Assembly: GCA_965205505.1 (NCBI GenBank)
Contig: CBDBHB010000008.1
Span: 1,024,001 to 1,088,000 of the forward strand
DNA: 64,000 nucleotides
Direction: 5' to 3'
From: Acidobacteriota bacterium
GTDB lineage: Bacteria > Acidobacteriota > UBA890 > WLXD01
Translations under genes and position numbers: made by a program
Notes under the pieces: model-generated
The model's input: the letters and a program-made list of their open reading frames with translations, nothing else
What the model was told of the DNA's origin: nothing
Database searches by the model: none
In this document: one piece after another, positions 9,446-19,613 of the stretch
How the letters are laid out: each line of letters begins with the position of its first letter
Position numbering within the stretch: position 1 is the stretch's first letter

Positions 9446-11580
9446 AGATTCCGCGGGGCGCGCCCCTGCGTCGCAAGAGCCAGCGCCGGTGGTTGTTCGC
9501 CGAGTTGATCGTGTTGTGCGCTTGCGCCGCACAGCTGTCGGATGCCGCCCAAACGTCCCGCGAGGTGGACGACATCGCGCTGGCGGACGAATCCCGCGGC
9601 GAGGACTGGCTGGCGTTCGGCCGCACCTACAGCGAGCAACGCTTCAGCCCACTGACCCAGATCAACACCTCCAACGTCGCCGAACTGTCGGTCGACTGGT
9701 ATCTCGATCTACCCAACGACCGGGGCCTGGTGTCGACTCCGCTGGTCGTCGACGGAGTGCTGTATTTCAACGGCAGCATGAACATCGTGCGGGCCGTCGA
9801 CGCCGCCACCGGTGCGCTCCTCTGGGAGTACGACCCGAAGGTCATGGAGCGTGTCGGCAGCCGCCGCTCACGCGTCGGCTGGGACCATAACCGCGGTATC
9901 GGCTTCTGGAAGGGCAAGGTCTACCTCGCCACCTGGGACGGCATTCTCGTTGCGCTCGATGCCGCCACCGGGGGCGAGCTGTGGAGCACGGCGACGATCG
10001 ATCCGGACCTTCACTACTTCATCACCGGCGCCCCCAAGATCTTCAAGGGGAAGGTGCTGGTGGGCAACGGCGGCACCGAGCTCGGCGCGTCGCGCGGCTA
10101 CGTCACCGCCTACGACGCCGAGACCGGCGAGCAGGCCTGGCGTTTCTGGATCGTGCCCGGCAACCCCGCCGACGGCTTCGAGAACGAGGCCATGGAGATG
10201 GCCGCCGAGACCTGGACCGGTGAGTGGTGGAAGTATGGCGGTGGCGGCAACGCCTGGCACGGGTTCACCTACGACGCCGACCTCGACGTGCTCTATGTCG
10301 GCACCGGCAACGGCTCGCCCTGGAATCAGAAGATCCGCAGCCCCGGCGGCGGCGATAACCTGTTCCTGTCGTCCATCGTCGCCCTCGATCCCGACACCGG
10401 CGAGTACCTCTGGCACTACCAGACGAACCCGGGAGAGACCTGGGACTACAACTCCAACATGGATATCGTCCTGGCCGATCTAACGATCGACGGGCGCACC
10501 GTGAAGGCGATCCTCCACGCGCCCAAGAATGGCTTCTTCTACGTCATTGATCGCGAAACCGGAAAGCTGATCTCCGCGGAATCCTTCACCGAGGTCACCT
10601 GGGCGACAGGAATCGATCTCGCGACCGGCCGCCCGATCGAGGTTCCGGGAGCCCGGTTCGAAGATCGACCGGCGAGCGTCGCACCAGGACCGAACGGAGG
10701 CCACAGCTGGCACGCCATGTCGTACAGCCCGATGACCGGGTTAACGTACATGCCGGTGCTCCACCAGTCGGTCACCTACAGCGACGAGGGCATTGACCTG
10801 GCGGGCTGGCGATCGCCGCTGCGGCAGGAGTTCAGCACCGGCGTCTCGACGATCGCCTCGAGCCCTTCCCGTGCCGACGGCGTTCGCGGATCGTTGCAGG
10901 CATGGGACCCGGTGCGTCAGGAGCTCGCCTGGGAGATTCCACTGCACGGCTACTGGAACCCCGGAACCATGACGACGGCCGGAAACCTGGTCTTCCAGGG
11001 ACGCGCCGACGGCAACTTCGTGGCCTACGACGCGAACAGCGGCGAGGAGCTCTGGATGTTCGACCTCGGCCTGGGCATCTCCGCCCCCCCAATCACCTAT
11101 GCGATCAACGGGCGCCAGTACGTCGCGCTGCTCGTCGGCTGGGGTGGATCGCTGGCCGCGTTCGGGGGCGAGCTCGGCGCATCCCACGGTTGGGCCTACG
11201 GGGTTCATGAGCGACGCCTGGTCGCGTTCTCCCTCGACGGCGAGGTCGCCCTTCCGGTCTTGCCTCCACCGGAGGTTCCGGTGCCGATCCGGGCGGCGGA
11301 CTTCGATGTCGACGTTGCGATGGCCCGGCAAGGGGCTGGCGGCTATCGCATGTGCGTCTACTGCCACGGTGGCGGCGCGCTGGCTTCAGGAATGGCGCCC
11401 GATCTCAGAGCCTCGCGCGTCGTGCTCTCGGACATCGCCTTCGCCACCGTGGTACGCGACGGCTCCCGCCTGGCGCGCGGAATGCCAGCCTACCCGGAGC
11501 TCACCGACGAGGAGCTTCTGACGCTGCGCCACTACATTCGGCAGCAGGCCGAGCGCGCCGCGAACGGCGGCTCGAGATAG
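9442..11580 (+). CDS. PQQ-dependent quinohaemoprotein dehydrogenase (type II ADH-like), paralogue 1
   Basis: FSPL.QIN..NV, ITGAP, GTGNGSPWN, WHYQT.PGETWDY, APKNGFFYVIDR; C-terminal cytochrome c CVYCH...APDLR...GMP. Confidence 0.92.
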   Translation: MKIPRGAPLRRKSQRRWLFAELIVLCACAAQLSDAAQTSREVDDIALADESRGEDWLAFGRTYSEQRFSPLTQINTSNVAELSVDWYLDLPNDRGLVSTPLVVDGVLYFNGSMNIVRAVDAATGALLWEYDPKVMERVGSRRSRVGWDHNRGIGFWKGKVYLATWDGILVALDAATGGELWSTATIDPDLHYFITGAPKIFKGKVLVGNGGTELGASRGYVTAYDAETGEQAWRFWIVPGNPADGFENEAMEMAAETWTGEWWKYGGGGNAWHGFTYDADLDVLYVGTGNGSPWNQKIRSPGGGDNLFLSSIVALDPDTGEYLWHYQTNPGETWDYNSNMDIVLADLTIDGRTVKAILHAPKNGFFYVIDRETGKLISAESFTEVTWATGIDLATGRPIEVPGARFEDRPASVAPGPNGGHSWHAMSYSPMTGLTYMPVLHQSVTYSDEGIDLAGWRSPLRQEFSTGVSTIASSPSRADGVRGSLQAWDPVRQELAWEIPLHGYWNPGTMTTAGNLVFQGRADGNFVAYDANSGEELWMFDLGLGISAPPITYAINGRQYVALLVGWGGSLAAFGGELGASHGWAYGVHERRLVAFSLDGEVALPVLPPPEVPVPIRAADFDVDVAMARQGAGGYRMCVYCHGGGALASGMAPDLRASRVVLSDIAFATVVRDGSRLARGMPAYPELTDEELLTLRHYIRQQAERAANGGSR

Positions 11581-11738
11581 CACGGCCCGCGCCCCACCGG
11601 TTGCTGCATATGTACCCGATCAGCCGCTCGAGATTCCGGCAGACGGGTTCGTTGTCCGAGCTGCTGTGTGCTACTAGAGTCCTGAGACTCGGTCGGCCGA
11701 AGATCTCGCCGCACGACCCGCACCGTAAGCGAGAGCCC

Positions 11739-13484
11739 ATGACACCGCGCTGGCGCATCCTCTTCAGCACTCTGCCTTTGCTCGCCTGCTTCTCGGCCGC
11801 TTGCGCCATCGGCGTCGATGAAGACTTCGACATTCTGATCGAGAATGGAATGGTCATTGATGGAACCGGGACTCCCTGGTTCCAAGCGGACGTCGGGATC
11901 AGCGGCGGTTCGATTGTCGCGGTGGGCGATCTCACCTCCAAGACTGCCCGAAAGACCATCGACGCTGCGGGACTGGTCGTTTCTCCGGGGTTCATCGACC
12001 TGCACGCTCACCCAGAGCGTGGCTTCAGCCAACCGGGTTCCAGCGCAAATCTCAATTATCTGGTCCAGGGTGTGACCACAGTCGTCACGGGAAACGACGG
12101 CGGGGGCACCTTCAGGGTTGCCGAGACCAAGGCGAATTGGGAAGGGCTCGGTATTGGAACCAACGCGGTCCACCTGGTCGGATTCGGTGCGGTCCGAGAG
12201 GAAGTCATGGGGGTGGAAACGCGTGCGCCTGTGCCGGACGAACTGGCGAAGATGCGATCGTTGGTTCGACAGGCGATGGAGGAGGGTGCCTGGGGAATGA
12301 GCTCGGGCTTGGAGTACGTTCCTGGCCGCTATGCCACTACCGAGGAGATCATCGCGGTGGCGAAAGTCGTCGGTGAGTTCAGTGGGATCTACTCGAGCCA
12401 CCAGCGCAACGAGTTCGACGGCGTGCTGGAGGCTACCAGGGAGACGATCAGAATCGCCGAAGAAGCCGGGGTGCGCGGCAACTCGACTCATCTCAAGATC
12501 GCGCGAAAAAACAACTGGGGGATGATGCAGGAGCTCATCGAGCTCATCAACGCGGCTCGGGCTCGAGGCGTGGAAGTGGGTGCCGACATGTACCCGTATC
12601 ACTTCGCATCGGGCGGTCCGATTCTGCCGATAGCGAGCAACCGTGGCTGGGCCCCCTTCCATCTTCCCAGCGACCTGGAGCCGTTTGCAGAGCTCAGACG
12701 AAGACTGAGCGACCGGAGCTTGCCGGATTCCGAGAGACAGGCGCTGAGGGCTCGCTACGTCGATGAGCTGGCGGACGCCCTGTCCGACGAGTCAAAGCGG
12801 GAGCAGATAAGAGAGTCGGTGCTCGTGGGCACGCCCGACAGACCGAGCTCTGTGGCTCTGGCGGGCTGGGATAGCTATCTGGTCGTGGTGGCCGACAAGA
12901 ACGCGGATCTGATAGGGCAGATCCTCTCCGACGTGGCGGAAGAACAGAACAGAGATCCTTTCGATGTTGCTGCAGAGCTCGTCATCGACGAGCCGGACCT
13001 GTACGTCGCTTGTGGGGTCATGTCGGAGGACGACATGAAGCTGGCGATGGCGCAGGATTGGCTGATGTTCTCCAGTGACGGAAACGCATCGCCCCTTGTG
13101 GAGGAGTCCGATGCGCCCAGCATCAGTCATCCGCGCTCTTTTGGTAGTCAAGCCAGAGTGCTCCGCAGGTACGTCAGGGATCAGGCAGTCCTGACATTAG
13201 AGGATGCCATCCGGAAGATGACCTCCCTTCCGGCCGGGTTTCTTCGAATGACCGATCGAGGGCTGCTCGTGAGCGGATACAAGGCGGATGTCGTCATATT
13301 CGACCCTGAGAACATCCGGGAGAACGCCACTCACGCTGATGCCCACCAGTACAGCACGGGGGTGCATTTCGTCCTCGTAGATGGAATCCTCGCGATAGAA
13401 GAGGGCGAGCACACCGGTGCGCTGCCGGGGAAGCTACTGACGCCCCATCGGGAGGGACCCGGGACGAACGTCGGGTTCCCCTGA
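11739..13484 (+). CDS. N-acyl-D-amino-acid deacylase family amidohydrolase
   Basis: DILIENGMVIDGTG, PGFIDLHAH, QGVTTVVTGNDG, SSGLEYVPG, HLK, SSDG, HPRSFG, LEDAIRKMTSLPA; ATG 11739 gives a signal/lipoprotein-like start. Confidence 0.9.
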   Translation: MTPRWRILFSTLPLLACFSAACAIGVDEDFDILIENGMVIDGTGTPWFQADVGISGGSIVAVGDLTSKTARKTIDAAGLVVSPGFIDLHAHPERGFSQPGSSANLNYLVQGVTTVVTGNDGGGTFRVAETKANWEGLGIGTNAVHLVGFGAVREEVMGVETRAPVPDELAKMRSLVRQAMEEGAWGMSSGLEYVPGRYATTEEIIAVAKVVGEFSGIYSSHQRNEFDGVLEATRETIRIAEEAGVRGNSTHLKIARKNNWGMMQELIELINAARARGVEVGADMYPYHFASGGPILPIASNRGWAPFHLPSDLEPFAELRRRLSDRSLPDSERQALRARYVDELADALSDESKREQIRESVLVGTPDRPSSVALAGWDSYLVVVADKNADLIGQILSDVAEEQNRDPFDVAAELVIDEPDLYVACGVMSEDDMKLAMAQDWLMFSSDGNASPLVEESDAPSISHPRSFGSQARVLRRYVRDQAVLTLEDAIRKMTSLPAGFLRMTDRGLLVSGYKADVVIFDPENIRENATHADAHQYSTGVHFVLVDGILAIEEGEHTGALPGKLLTPHREGPGTNVGFP

Positions 13485-13526
13485 TTCACACGGAGCCCTA
13501 CCCCGCGCATCGGAGGGCTTCGTACG

Positions 13527-15230
13527 TCAGGCGATCGTCGCCCAGTTCTCGACGAGATGGTCGGCGGTTCGCCAGGCGAGCGCCTGCGCCGTGAGCGTCG
13601 GATTGTGCGCACCGCTGGTGCCCATCACCGATGCTCCGAGGACGCCGAGGTTGGGCGCCTCGTGCGAGAACCCCCAACAGTCGACGACGTTGGTGTCGGG
13701 ATCGTCGCCCATGCGGGTGCCGCCGTATGCGTGAGTCGTCGGGCCCATCGTGCCAATGCCGTTCTTCACGGTGTCCACCGCGCCGGCCTCCGTGAACCAC
13801 TGCACCATCTTGTCCTGCACGAAAGCGGAGAGCTTCCTCTCGTTGTCCTTGTAGCCGGCAGTGATGCGGCACACGGGGTACCCGAGCGGATCGGTCACGG
13901 TGGGGTGTAGGTCGAGATAGTTGCCTTCGTACGGCAGCGTCGTCGTCTGGATGTACGCCCAGGTCCAGCGGTCGGCGTTGTCGGCAATGAACGCCTTCCA
14001 GTCGGAGCCCCACCGAGGCGCCCGCCCGAACGTGTTCATGCTCGCGGCGCTGATCGCGCGTCTCTCGGTGTAGATCCACAGGTTTGCCCCACCGATGAAA
14101 TCGAGCCCCGCGTGGTCGAAGTTGTCGTCCGCCCAGTCGTCGATCGCCACGCCCTGCCCGGGGGTGCCATACCAGTTGTTCAGATCGTGCGGGAAGAGCG
14201 CCAACACCCCGCCGTTCTGACTGTGGCTGAGATAGTGCCCACCGACCTGCCCGTGGTTGTTCGACAGCCCGTTCGGGAACGCGGCCGACCTCGAAAGCAG
14301 CATGAGTCGGACGTTCTCGTACGTGTAGCTGGCGAGAAGCACTACGGAGGCCGGCTGGAAGTACGTCTCGTCGCCCTTGAAGTAACGGACGCCGCTAACG
14401 CGGCCGTGGGCGTCCACCTCGATGCTGGTGACGTGGGCTCGCGTGACGACGTCCAGGCGGCCCGTTTCCTGGGCCTTCGGGATCGTCGTGACCGCGGTCG
14501 AGCTCTTGGCGCTGACGTGACAGCCGCCGCGACCGCAGAAACCGTGGTAGACGCAGGCCGATCGGTCGCCGTAGGGCCTCGAGTTGATCGCCGCCGGCCC
14601 CGGGAACGGATGCCACCCGAGCCGTCGCGCCGCCCCGGTCATGAGCTCGGTGAACCCGGTGCCCCGCAGCGGCGGCATGGGGTAATCGCGACGTCGCGGC
14701 CCCTCGAAGATGTTGCCGCGCGGGTCGATCTCACCGCCGATGTTCCCCGCCTGGCCCGACACGCCGATCTCGTGTTCCACCCTGTCGTAGTACGGCTCGA
14801 GCTCCTCGAGACCGAGAGGCCAGTCCTGCACGGTAGAATCGGCCGGAATTCTCTCGGCGCCATACCTGCGCGTCGTCTCGCTGACGACCTTGCAATCCCA
14901 CGGGTTGAGGCGCCAGCTCTGCGCCCAGTAGTGCAGCGTGGTACCTCCGACCGCGTTCATCATCGGGTGGACGGTTGCGCGGGGCGAGTCGGGCGACGCC
15001 GCGTCGGGCCGGTGCACGGGTATCTCCCGGTTCGCCTTCTGCACCGCCCGCGGCCAGCCGCGCACGTTGTTCTGCAGCTCGTCGGGAGCGAAGTCAGACG
15101 GCGAATGCCACTCTCCGGCCTCCAGACCGATCACCTCGAGACCGGCTTCAACGAGCGGCAGGGCCGCGACGCCACCGGCGGCGCCCAGGCCGACGATGAC
15201 GACGTCAGTCTTCCTCAGCTCAACTGCCAC
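13527..15230 (-). CDS. GMC oxidoreductase (gluconate 2-dehydrogenase flavoprotein-subunit-like)
   Basis: DVVIVGLGAAGG FAD motif, NAVGGTTLHY, C.YHGFCGRGGC, THAYGGTRMG, NPTLTAQALA; GTG start at 15230 inferred. Confidence 0.9.
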   Translation of the reverse strand: MAVELRKTDVVIVGLGAAGGVAALPLVEAGLEVIGLEAGEWHSPSDFAPDELQNNVRGWPRAVQKANREIPVHRPDAASPDSPRATVHPMMNAVGGTTLHYWAQSWRLNPWDCKVVSETTRRYGAERIPADSTVQDWPLGLEELEPYYDRVEHEIGVSGQAGNIGGEIDPRGNIFEGPRRRDYPMPPLRGTGFTELMTGAARRLGWHPFPGPAAINSRPYGDRSACVYHGFCGRGGCHVSAKSSTAVTTIPKAQETGRLDVVTRAHVTSIEVDAHGRVSGVRYFKGDETYFQPASVVLLASYTYENVRLMLLSRSAAFPNGLSNNHGQVGGHYLSHSQNGGVLALFPHDLNNWYGTPGQGVAIDDWADDNFDHAGLDFIGGANLWIYTERRAISAASMNTFGRAPRWGSDWKAFIADNADRWTWAYIQTTTLPYEGNYLDLHPTVTDPLGYPVCRITAGYKDNERKLSAFVQDKMVQWFTEAGAVDTVKNGIGTMGPTTHAYGGTRMGDDPDTNVVDCWGFSHEAPNLGVLGASVMGTSGAHNPTLTAQALAWRTADHLVENWATIA

Positions 15231-15411
15231 GGCACGTCCCCGGTGTGGAGAATCCGTCCCACTCATATCACGGTTCACGAGGAAGCCAAAGGGCGGCAAC
15301 CCCCATGCGCCCTACCGGTTACGGCGTCGTCTTTCGGAGCTTCGACAGCGTCGTTCCGTTGCCGGCTTCGACTCCCATCGCTAGAGTCTGGGCGGCGCGC
15401 TCCCCTTTGGG

Positions 15412-17598
15412 ATGGCCGACATCGGCAAGAACACAGAGGCTTGTCCATTGAACCGCCCGGGAATGCTGACTCGAGGAAGCTGCTACTCGCTACTTCTCAC
15501 GACGATGGCGTTGTTCGTCGGCGCCGCGCAATCCTCGCGCGCGGCGCAATCCGCTGGCACGACACAAGCCTCCGACGCGGTGGACGACCGGGCGCTGGCC
15601 GACGAGTCGCGCGGTGATGACTGGCTGGCCTTCGGCAAGACATACAGCGAGCAACGTTTCAGCCCGCTCGCCCAGATCAACGCGTCGAACGTGGCCGACC
15701 TGACGGTCGACTGGTATTTGGACTTGCCGAACGACCGGGGTCTAACGTCCACCCCGCTCGTCGTCGACGGGGTCCTCTACTTCATCGGCAGCATGAACGT
15801 CGTGCGCGCCGTCGACGGGGCCACCGGCGAGATGCTCTGGGAGTACGACCCGGACATCGTCGGACACGCCGCATACCGCATGCGGGCGGGCTGGGACCAC
15901 AACCGGGGCATCGGCTTCTGGCAGGGCAAGGTCTACGTCGCCACCTGGGACGGTCGACTCAACGCCGTCGACGCCACCACCGGCGAGGAGCTTTGGAGCG
16001 TGATGACGGTCGACCCGGCTGTTCACTACTACATCACCGGTGCCCCCAAGATCTTCAAGGGCAAGGTGCTGATCGGCAATGGCGGCACCGAGCACGGCGC
16101 GGCGCGCGGCTACGTCACCGCCTACGACGCGGAGACCGGTGAGCAGGCGTGGCGCTTTTGGATCGTGCCCGGGAACCCCGCCGACGGGTTCGAGAACGAC
16201 GCCATGGCGATGGCCGCCGAGACCTGGACTGGCGAGTGGTGGAAGTACGGCGGCGGCGGCAACGCCTGGCACGCGTTCACCTATGACGCCGAGCTCGACG
16301 TTCTCTACATCGGCACTGGCAACGGATCGCCGTGGAACCGGAAGATCCGCAGCCCCGGCGGCGGCGACAACCTCTTCCTGTGCTCCATCGTTGCCCTCGA
16401 TCCCGATACCGGCGAGTACCTGTGGCACTACCAGACGACGCCAGGCGAGACCTGGGACTACAACTCCAACATGGACATCGTCCTCGCCGATCTCACCATC
16501 GACGGACGCGAGGTCAAGGCGATCCTCCACGCCCCCAAGAACGGCTTCTTCTACGTGATCGACCGAGAGACCGGGAAGCTGATCTCGGCCGAACCCTACG
16601 CCGAGGTCAGCTGGGCGACGGAGATCGATCTGCAGACCGGGCGGCCGGTGGAGGTCGAGGGCGCGAGATACGAGGATCGACCGGCGCGGGTCACGCCTTC
16701 GTTCGCCGGCGCGCACAACTGGCACGCCATGTCGTACAGCCCGCTGACCGGATTGGCATACATACCTGCAATCCACCTCGCCATGATGTTCAGCGACGAG
16801 GGTATCGACCTCGAAGCCTGGGAGTCGCCCGTGGGACGAGGAGGCACGGGGGTATCAACCACGACGGTCGGCTCTTCAAGGTCGGACGGAGTCCTGGGTT
16901 CCCTGCGGGCGTGGGACCCCCTACGGCAGGAGCTCGCATGGGAGATTCCGCTGCCCGGTCTGTGGAACGCCGGAACGATGACGACAGCCGGCAACCTGGT
17001 GTTCCAAGGCCGCACCGACGGAACCTTCGCGGCCCATGGCGCCAGGACCGGCGAGACGCTGTGGACATTCGACATGGGTTCGGGGATCTCGGCGCCTCCG
17101 ATCACCTACGCGATCGACGGACGCCAGTACGTGGCCCTGCTCGTGGGCTGGGGCGGCGTGTGGGCGGGGATCGGCGGCACTGAGGCGGCCGCACATGGAT
17201 GGGCGTATGGAGTTCATCCGCGCCGACTGGTGGCCTTCTCCCTCGATGGCAGCACCGAGCTACCACCCTCGCCGCCGCCCGTGGTCCCGGTCCCGATCCG
17301 CGCTCCCGACTTCGTCGTCGACGGAGACCTGGCGCGGCAAGGCGCCGGCGAGCACGGCGGCCGGTGCGGCGGCTGTCACGGTGGAGGCCTGGTGGCGGGA
17401 GGTCAGGCACCCGACCTGCGAGCATCCGGCGTCGTGCTCTCGGGCATCGCGTTCGCGACCGTCGTACGCGACGGCTCGCGCCAAGCTCGCGGTATGCCAG
17501 CCTATCCGGAATTCACCGCCGAGCAGTTGCTGGCAATGCGTCATTACATCCGCCACGCGGCCGAGCAGGCGCTGGCCGGCACGGACCAGGAACGATAG
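15412..17598 (+). CDS. PQQ-dependent quinohaemoprotein dehydrogenase, paralogue 2
   Basis: Long stretches identical to 9442..11580; haem motif CGGCH; real start may be ATG 15463. Confidence 0.92.
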   Translation: MADIGKNTEACPLNRPGMLTRGSCYSLLLTTMALFVGAAQSSRAAQSAGTTQASDAVDDRALADESRGDDWLAFGKTYSEQRFSPLAQINASNVADLTVDWYLDLPNDRGLTSTPLVVDGVLYFIGSMNVVRAVDGATGEMLWEYDPDIVGHAAYRMRAGWDHNRGIGFWQGKVYVATWDGRLNAVDATTGEELWSVMTVDPAVHYYITGAPKIFKGKVLIGNGGTEHGAARGYVTAYDAETGEQAWRFWIVPGNPADGFENDAMAMAAETWTGEWWKYGGGGNAWHAFTYDAELDVLYIGTGNGSPWNRKIRSPGGGDNLFLCSIVALDPDTGEYLWHYQTTPGETWDYNSNMDIVLADLTIDGREVKAILHAPKNGFFYVIDRETGKLISAEPYAEVSWATEIDLQTGRPVEVEGARYEDRPARVTPSFAGAHNWHAMSYSPLTGLAYIPAIHLAMMFSDEGIDLEAWESPVGRGGTGVSTTTVGSSRSDGVLGSLRAWDPLRQELAWEIPLPGLWNAGTMTTAGNLVFQGRTDGTFAAHGARTGETLWTFDMGSGISAPPITYAIDGRQYVALLVGWGGVWAGIGGTEAAAHGWAYGVHPRRLVAFSLDGSTELPPSPPPVVPVPIRAPDFVVDGDLARQGAGEHGGRCGGCHGGGLVAGGQAPDLRASGVVLSGIAFATVVRDGSRQARGMPAYPEFTAEQLLAMRHYIRHAAEQALAGTDQER

Positions 17599-17648
17599 CC
17601 GCCTTTGCCGAGCCGCCTGATTGACCGCTCCCCCGATCGGAGAACGGA

Positions 17649-19298
17649 ATGAACGTAGCCCGTACGGTAGTCGAGATCCTCAAGCGCGAGGGCGTGGAGT
17701 TCATCGTCGGCTATCCCGTCAACCCGATCCTGGAGGCAGCAGCAGAGGCAGACATCCGGCCGATCATCGTGCGTCAGGAGCGCACCGGGCTGCACATGGC
17801 CGACGCTTTCAGCCGCCTCAATTGCGGCGACCGCATCGGGGTCTTTGCCATGCAGTTCGGGCCCGGCACGGAGAACGCCTTCGGCGGTGTGGCACAAGCC
17901 TATGGTGAGTCGGTGCCGATTCTGGTGCTGCCGGGCGGATATCCGCGACACCTCGCGAACGTGACTCCCAACTTCAGCGCCCATCTCAACTTCCGTGGGA
18001 TCACCAAGCTGTGCGAGCGGCTTCCGTCCGCAGCCCTGCTGTCGGAGACGATGCGCCGCGCCTTTTCGCAGCTCCGCAACGGCCGCCCTCGGCCAGTGCT
18101 GATCGAGATTCCCTACGACGTATTCGAAGAGGAAGTGCCAGAGCCACTCGACTACGAGGCCGTCGTGACGACGCGCAGCGGCCCCGATCCCGACGCCGTT
18201 GCCGAGATTGCACGCGTGCTCAGCGAGGCGCGGCGACCGGTCCTCTACGCCGGTCAGGGCGTCCACTACGCGCGCGCCTGGAACGAGTTGCGCGAGTTGG
18301 CCGAGCTACTGAGCATCCCGGTGGCCACCAGCCTACAGGGAAAAAGCGCGTTCCCCGAAAACCACCCGCTGTCGCTCGGCTCCGGCGGGCGCGCAATGCC
18401 GCGACCGGTGCATCGATTCTTGCACGACGCCGACGTGATCTTCGGCATCGGGTGCAGCTTCACGCGCACATCGTACGGCGTCACGATCCCCACCGACGCC
18501 GTGATCGTCCACGCCACGCTCGACCCGGCCGACCTGAACAAAGACGTGCCCGTGCAGCACGCTCTCGTCGGCGACGCCCAGCTCACGCTGCGTGCGTTGC
18601 TCGCCGAGTTGCGGGCCGGAGCCCACCCCCGGGCCATTGAGCGTGCCGGCACCGTGCACGGCGACATTGCCGACATGAAACAGGCCTGGCTCGAGGCGTG
18701 GAAGCCCAAGCTCACGTCCGACCAGGTGCCGCTCTCGCCGTACCGTGTCATCTGGGAGCTCTCGAACGCTGTCGACCGTGAGCACACGATCATCACTCAC
18801 GACGCCGGCAGCCCGCGTGACCAGCTGTCGCCGTTCTGGGAGTGCATCGCGCCGCTTACCTATATCGGCTGGGGAAAGACCACGCAGCTCGGTTACGGCC
18901 TCGGCCTGGCGATGGGGGCCAAGCTCGCCGAGCCCGACAAGCTCTGCATCAACGTCTGGGGCGACGCCGCCATCGGTTTCACGGGTATGGACATCGAGAC
19001 CGCAGTGCGCGAACGCATTCCGATCCTGTCGATTCTGCTCAACAACTCCTCGATGGCAATCGAGATTCCGGTCATGCGCGTCGCCACCGAGAAATACCGC
19101 AGCACCGATATCTCGGGCAACTATGCTGATCTTGCGCGCGCGCTGGGGGCTTACGGCGAGCGTGTCACCGAGCCCGGGCAGATCGGCGAGGCGATCCTAC
19201 GAGGCATCCGAAAGACCCGAAAGGGAACCCCCGCTTTACTGGAGTTCATCACCGCCAAGGAGATCGAGATCTCCGCCTTCGACGAGGAAGGGAGTTGA
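17649..19298 (+). CDS. Thiamine-diphosphate-requiring enzyme (acetolactate-synthase-like superfamily)
   Basis: RQERTG..MAD, GPG.EN, GRP.PVLIEIP.D, ThDP motif GDAAIGF...LLNN; GGAG RBS. Confidence 0.9.
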   Translation: MNVARTVVEILKREGVEFIVGYPVNPILEAAAEADIRPIIVRQERTGLHMADAFSRLNCGDRIGVFAMQFGPGTENAFGGVAQAYGESVPILVLPGGYPRHLANVTPNFSAHLNFRGITKLCERLPSAALLSETMRRAFSQLRNGRPRPVLIEIPYDVFEEEVPEPLDYEAVVTTRSGPDPDAVAEIARVLSEARRPVLYAGQGVHYARAWNELRELAELLSIPVATSLQGKSAFPENHPLSLGSGGRAMPRPVHRFLHDADVIFGIGCSFTRTSYGVTIPTDAVIVHATLDPADLNKDVPVQHALVGDAQLTLRALLAELRAGAHPRAIERAGTVHGDIADMKQAWLEAWKPKLTSDQVPLSPYRVIWELSNAVDREHTIITHDAGSPRDQLSPFWECIAPLTYIGWGKTTQLGYGLGLAMGAKLAEPDKLCINVWGDAAIGFTGMDIETAVRERIPILSILLNNSSMAIEIPVMRVATEKYRSTDISGNYADLARALGAYGERVTEPGQIGEAILRGIRKTRKGTPALLEFITAKEIEISAFDEEGS

Positions 19299-19480
19299 TG
19301 TCGAGGCGCTTCAAAGTCGTGGTCGAGGCCGAAAACCCCGATCGGGATCGGGTCGGCGCTGCGGCGTTCAACTGGCCGGCCGACGACTACGCGATGGAGC
19401 GTGGAGTGTCGCGATACGGCGTTCGATTGTCCGATCACATAGCCCGAGGTCAGACATGGCGAACAACCGCAGTATCGTGA
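19295..19480 (+). pseudogene. Short ORF coupled to the ThDP gene; probably a collapsed remnant
   Basis: GGGAG RBS and start overlapping the upstream stop; only 61 codons, no complete domain recognised. Confidence 0.3.
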
Positions 19481-19613
19481 GATGACGCGGTACGACGCTG
19501 GGGACACCGGCTTCTAGACGCTCGAGAGTGGCGAGCGCCTCGGCGGCACGACCCAGGTAGCAGTGTTGGTGGGCCCGGAAGCTGCGCCCCGGGACTCCTG
19601 ATTCGTTCACGCT

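Noticed and set aside
10441-10464. Lanthanide-dependent (XoxF/ExaF-type) assignment of the PQQ dehydrogenases
   Set aside because: The motif is WDYN, lacking the extra Asp (DxD).
14112-15617. 501-aa plus-strand ORF (and similar long antisense ORFs such as 8360..9532, 37342..38463, 45732..46952)
   Set aside because: Shadow ORFs opposite clear genes in high-GC DNA; no motifs.
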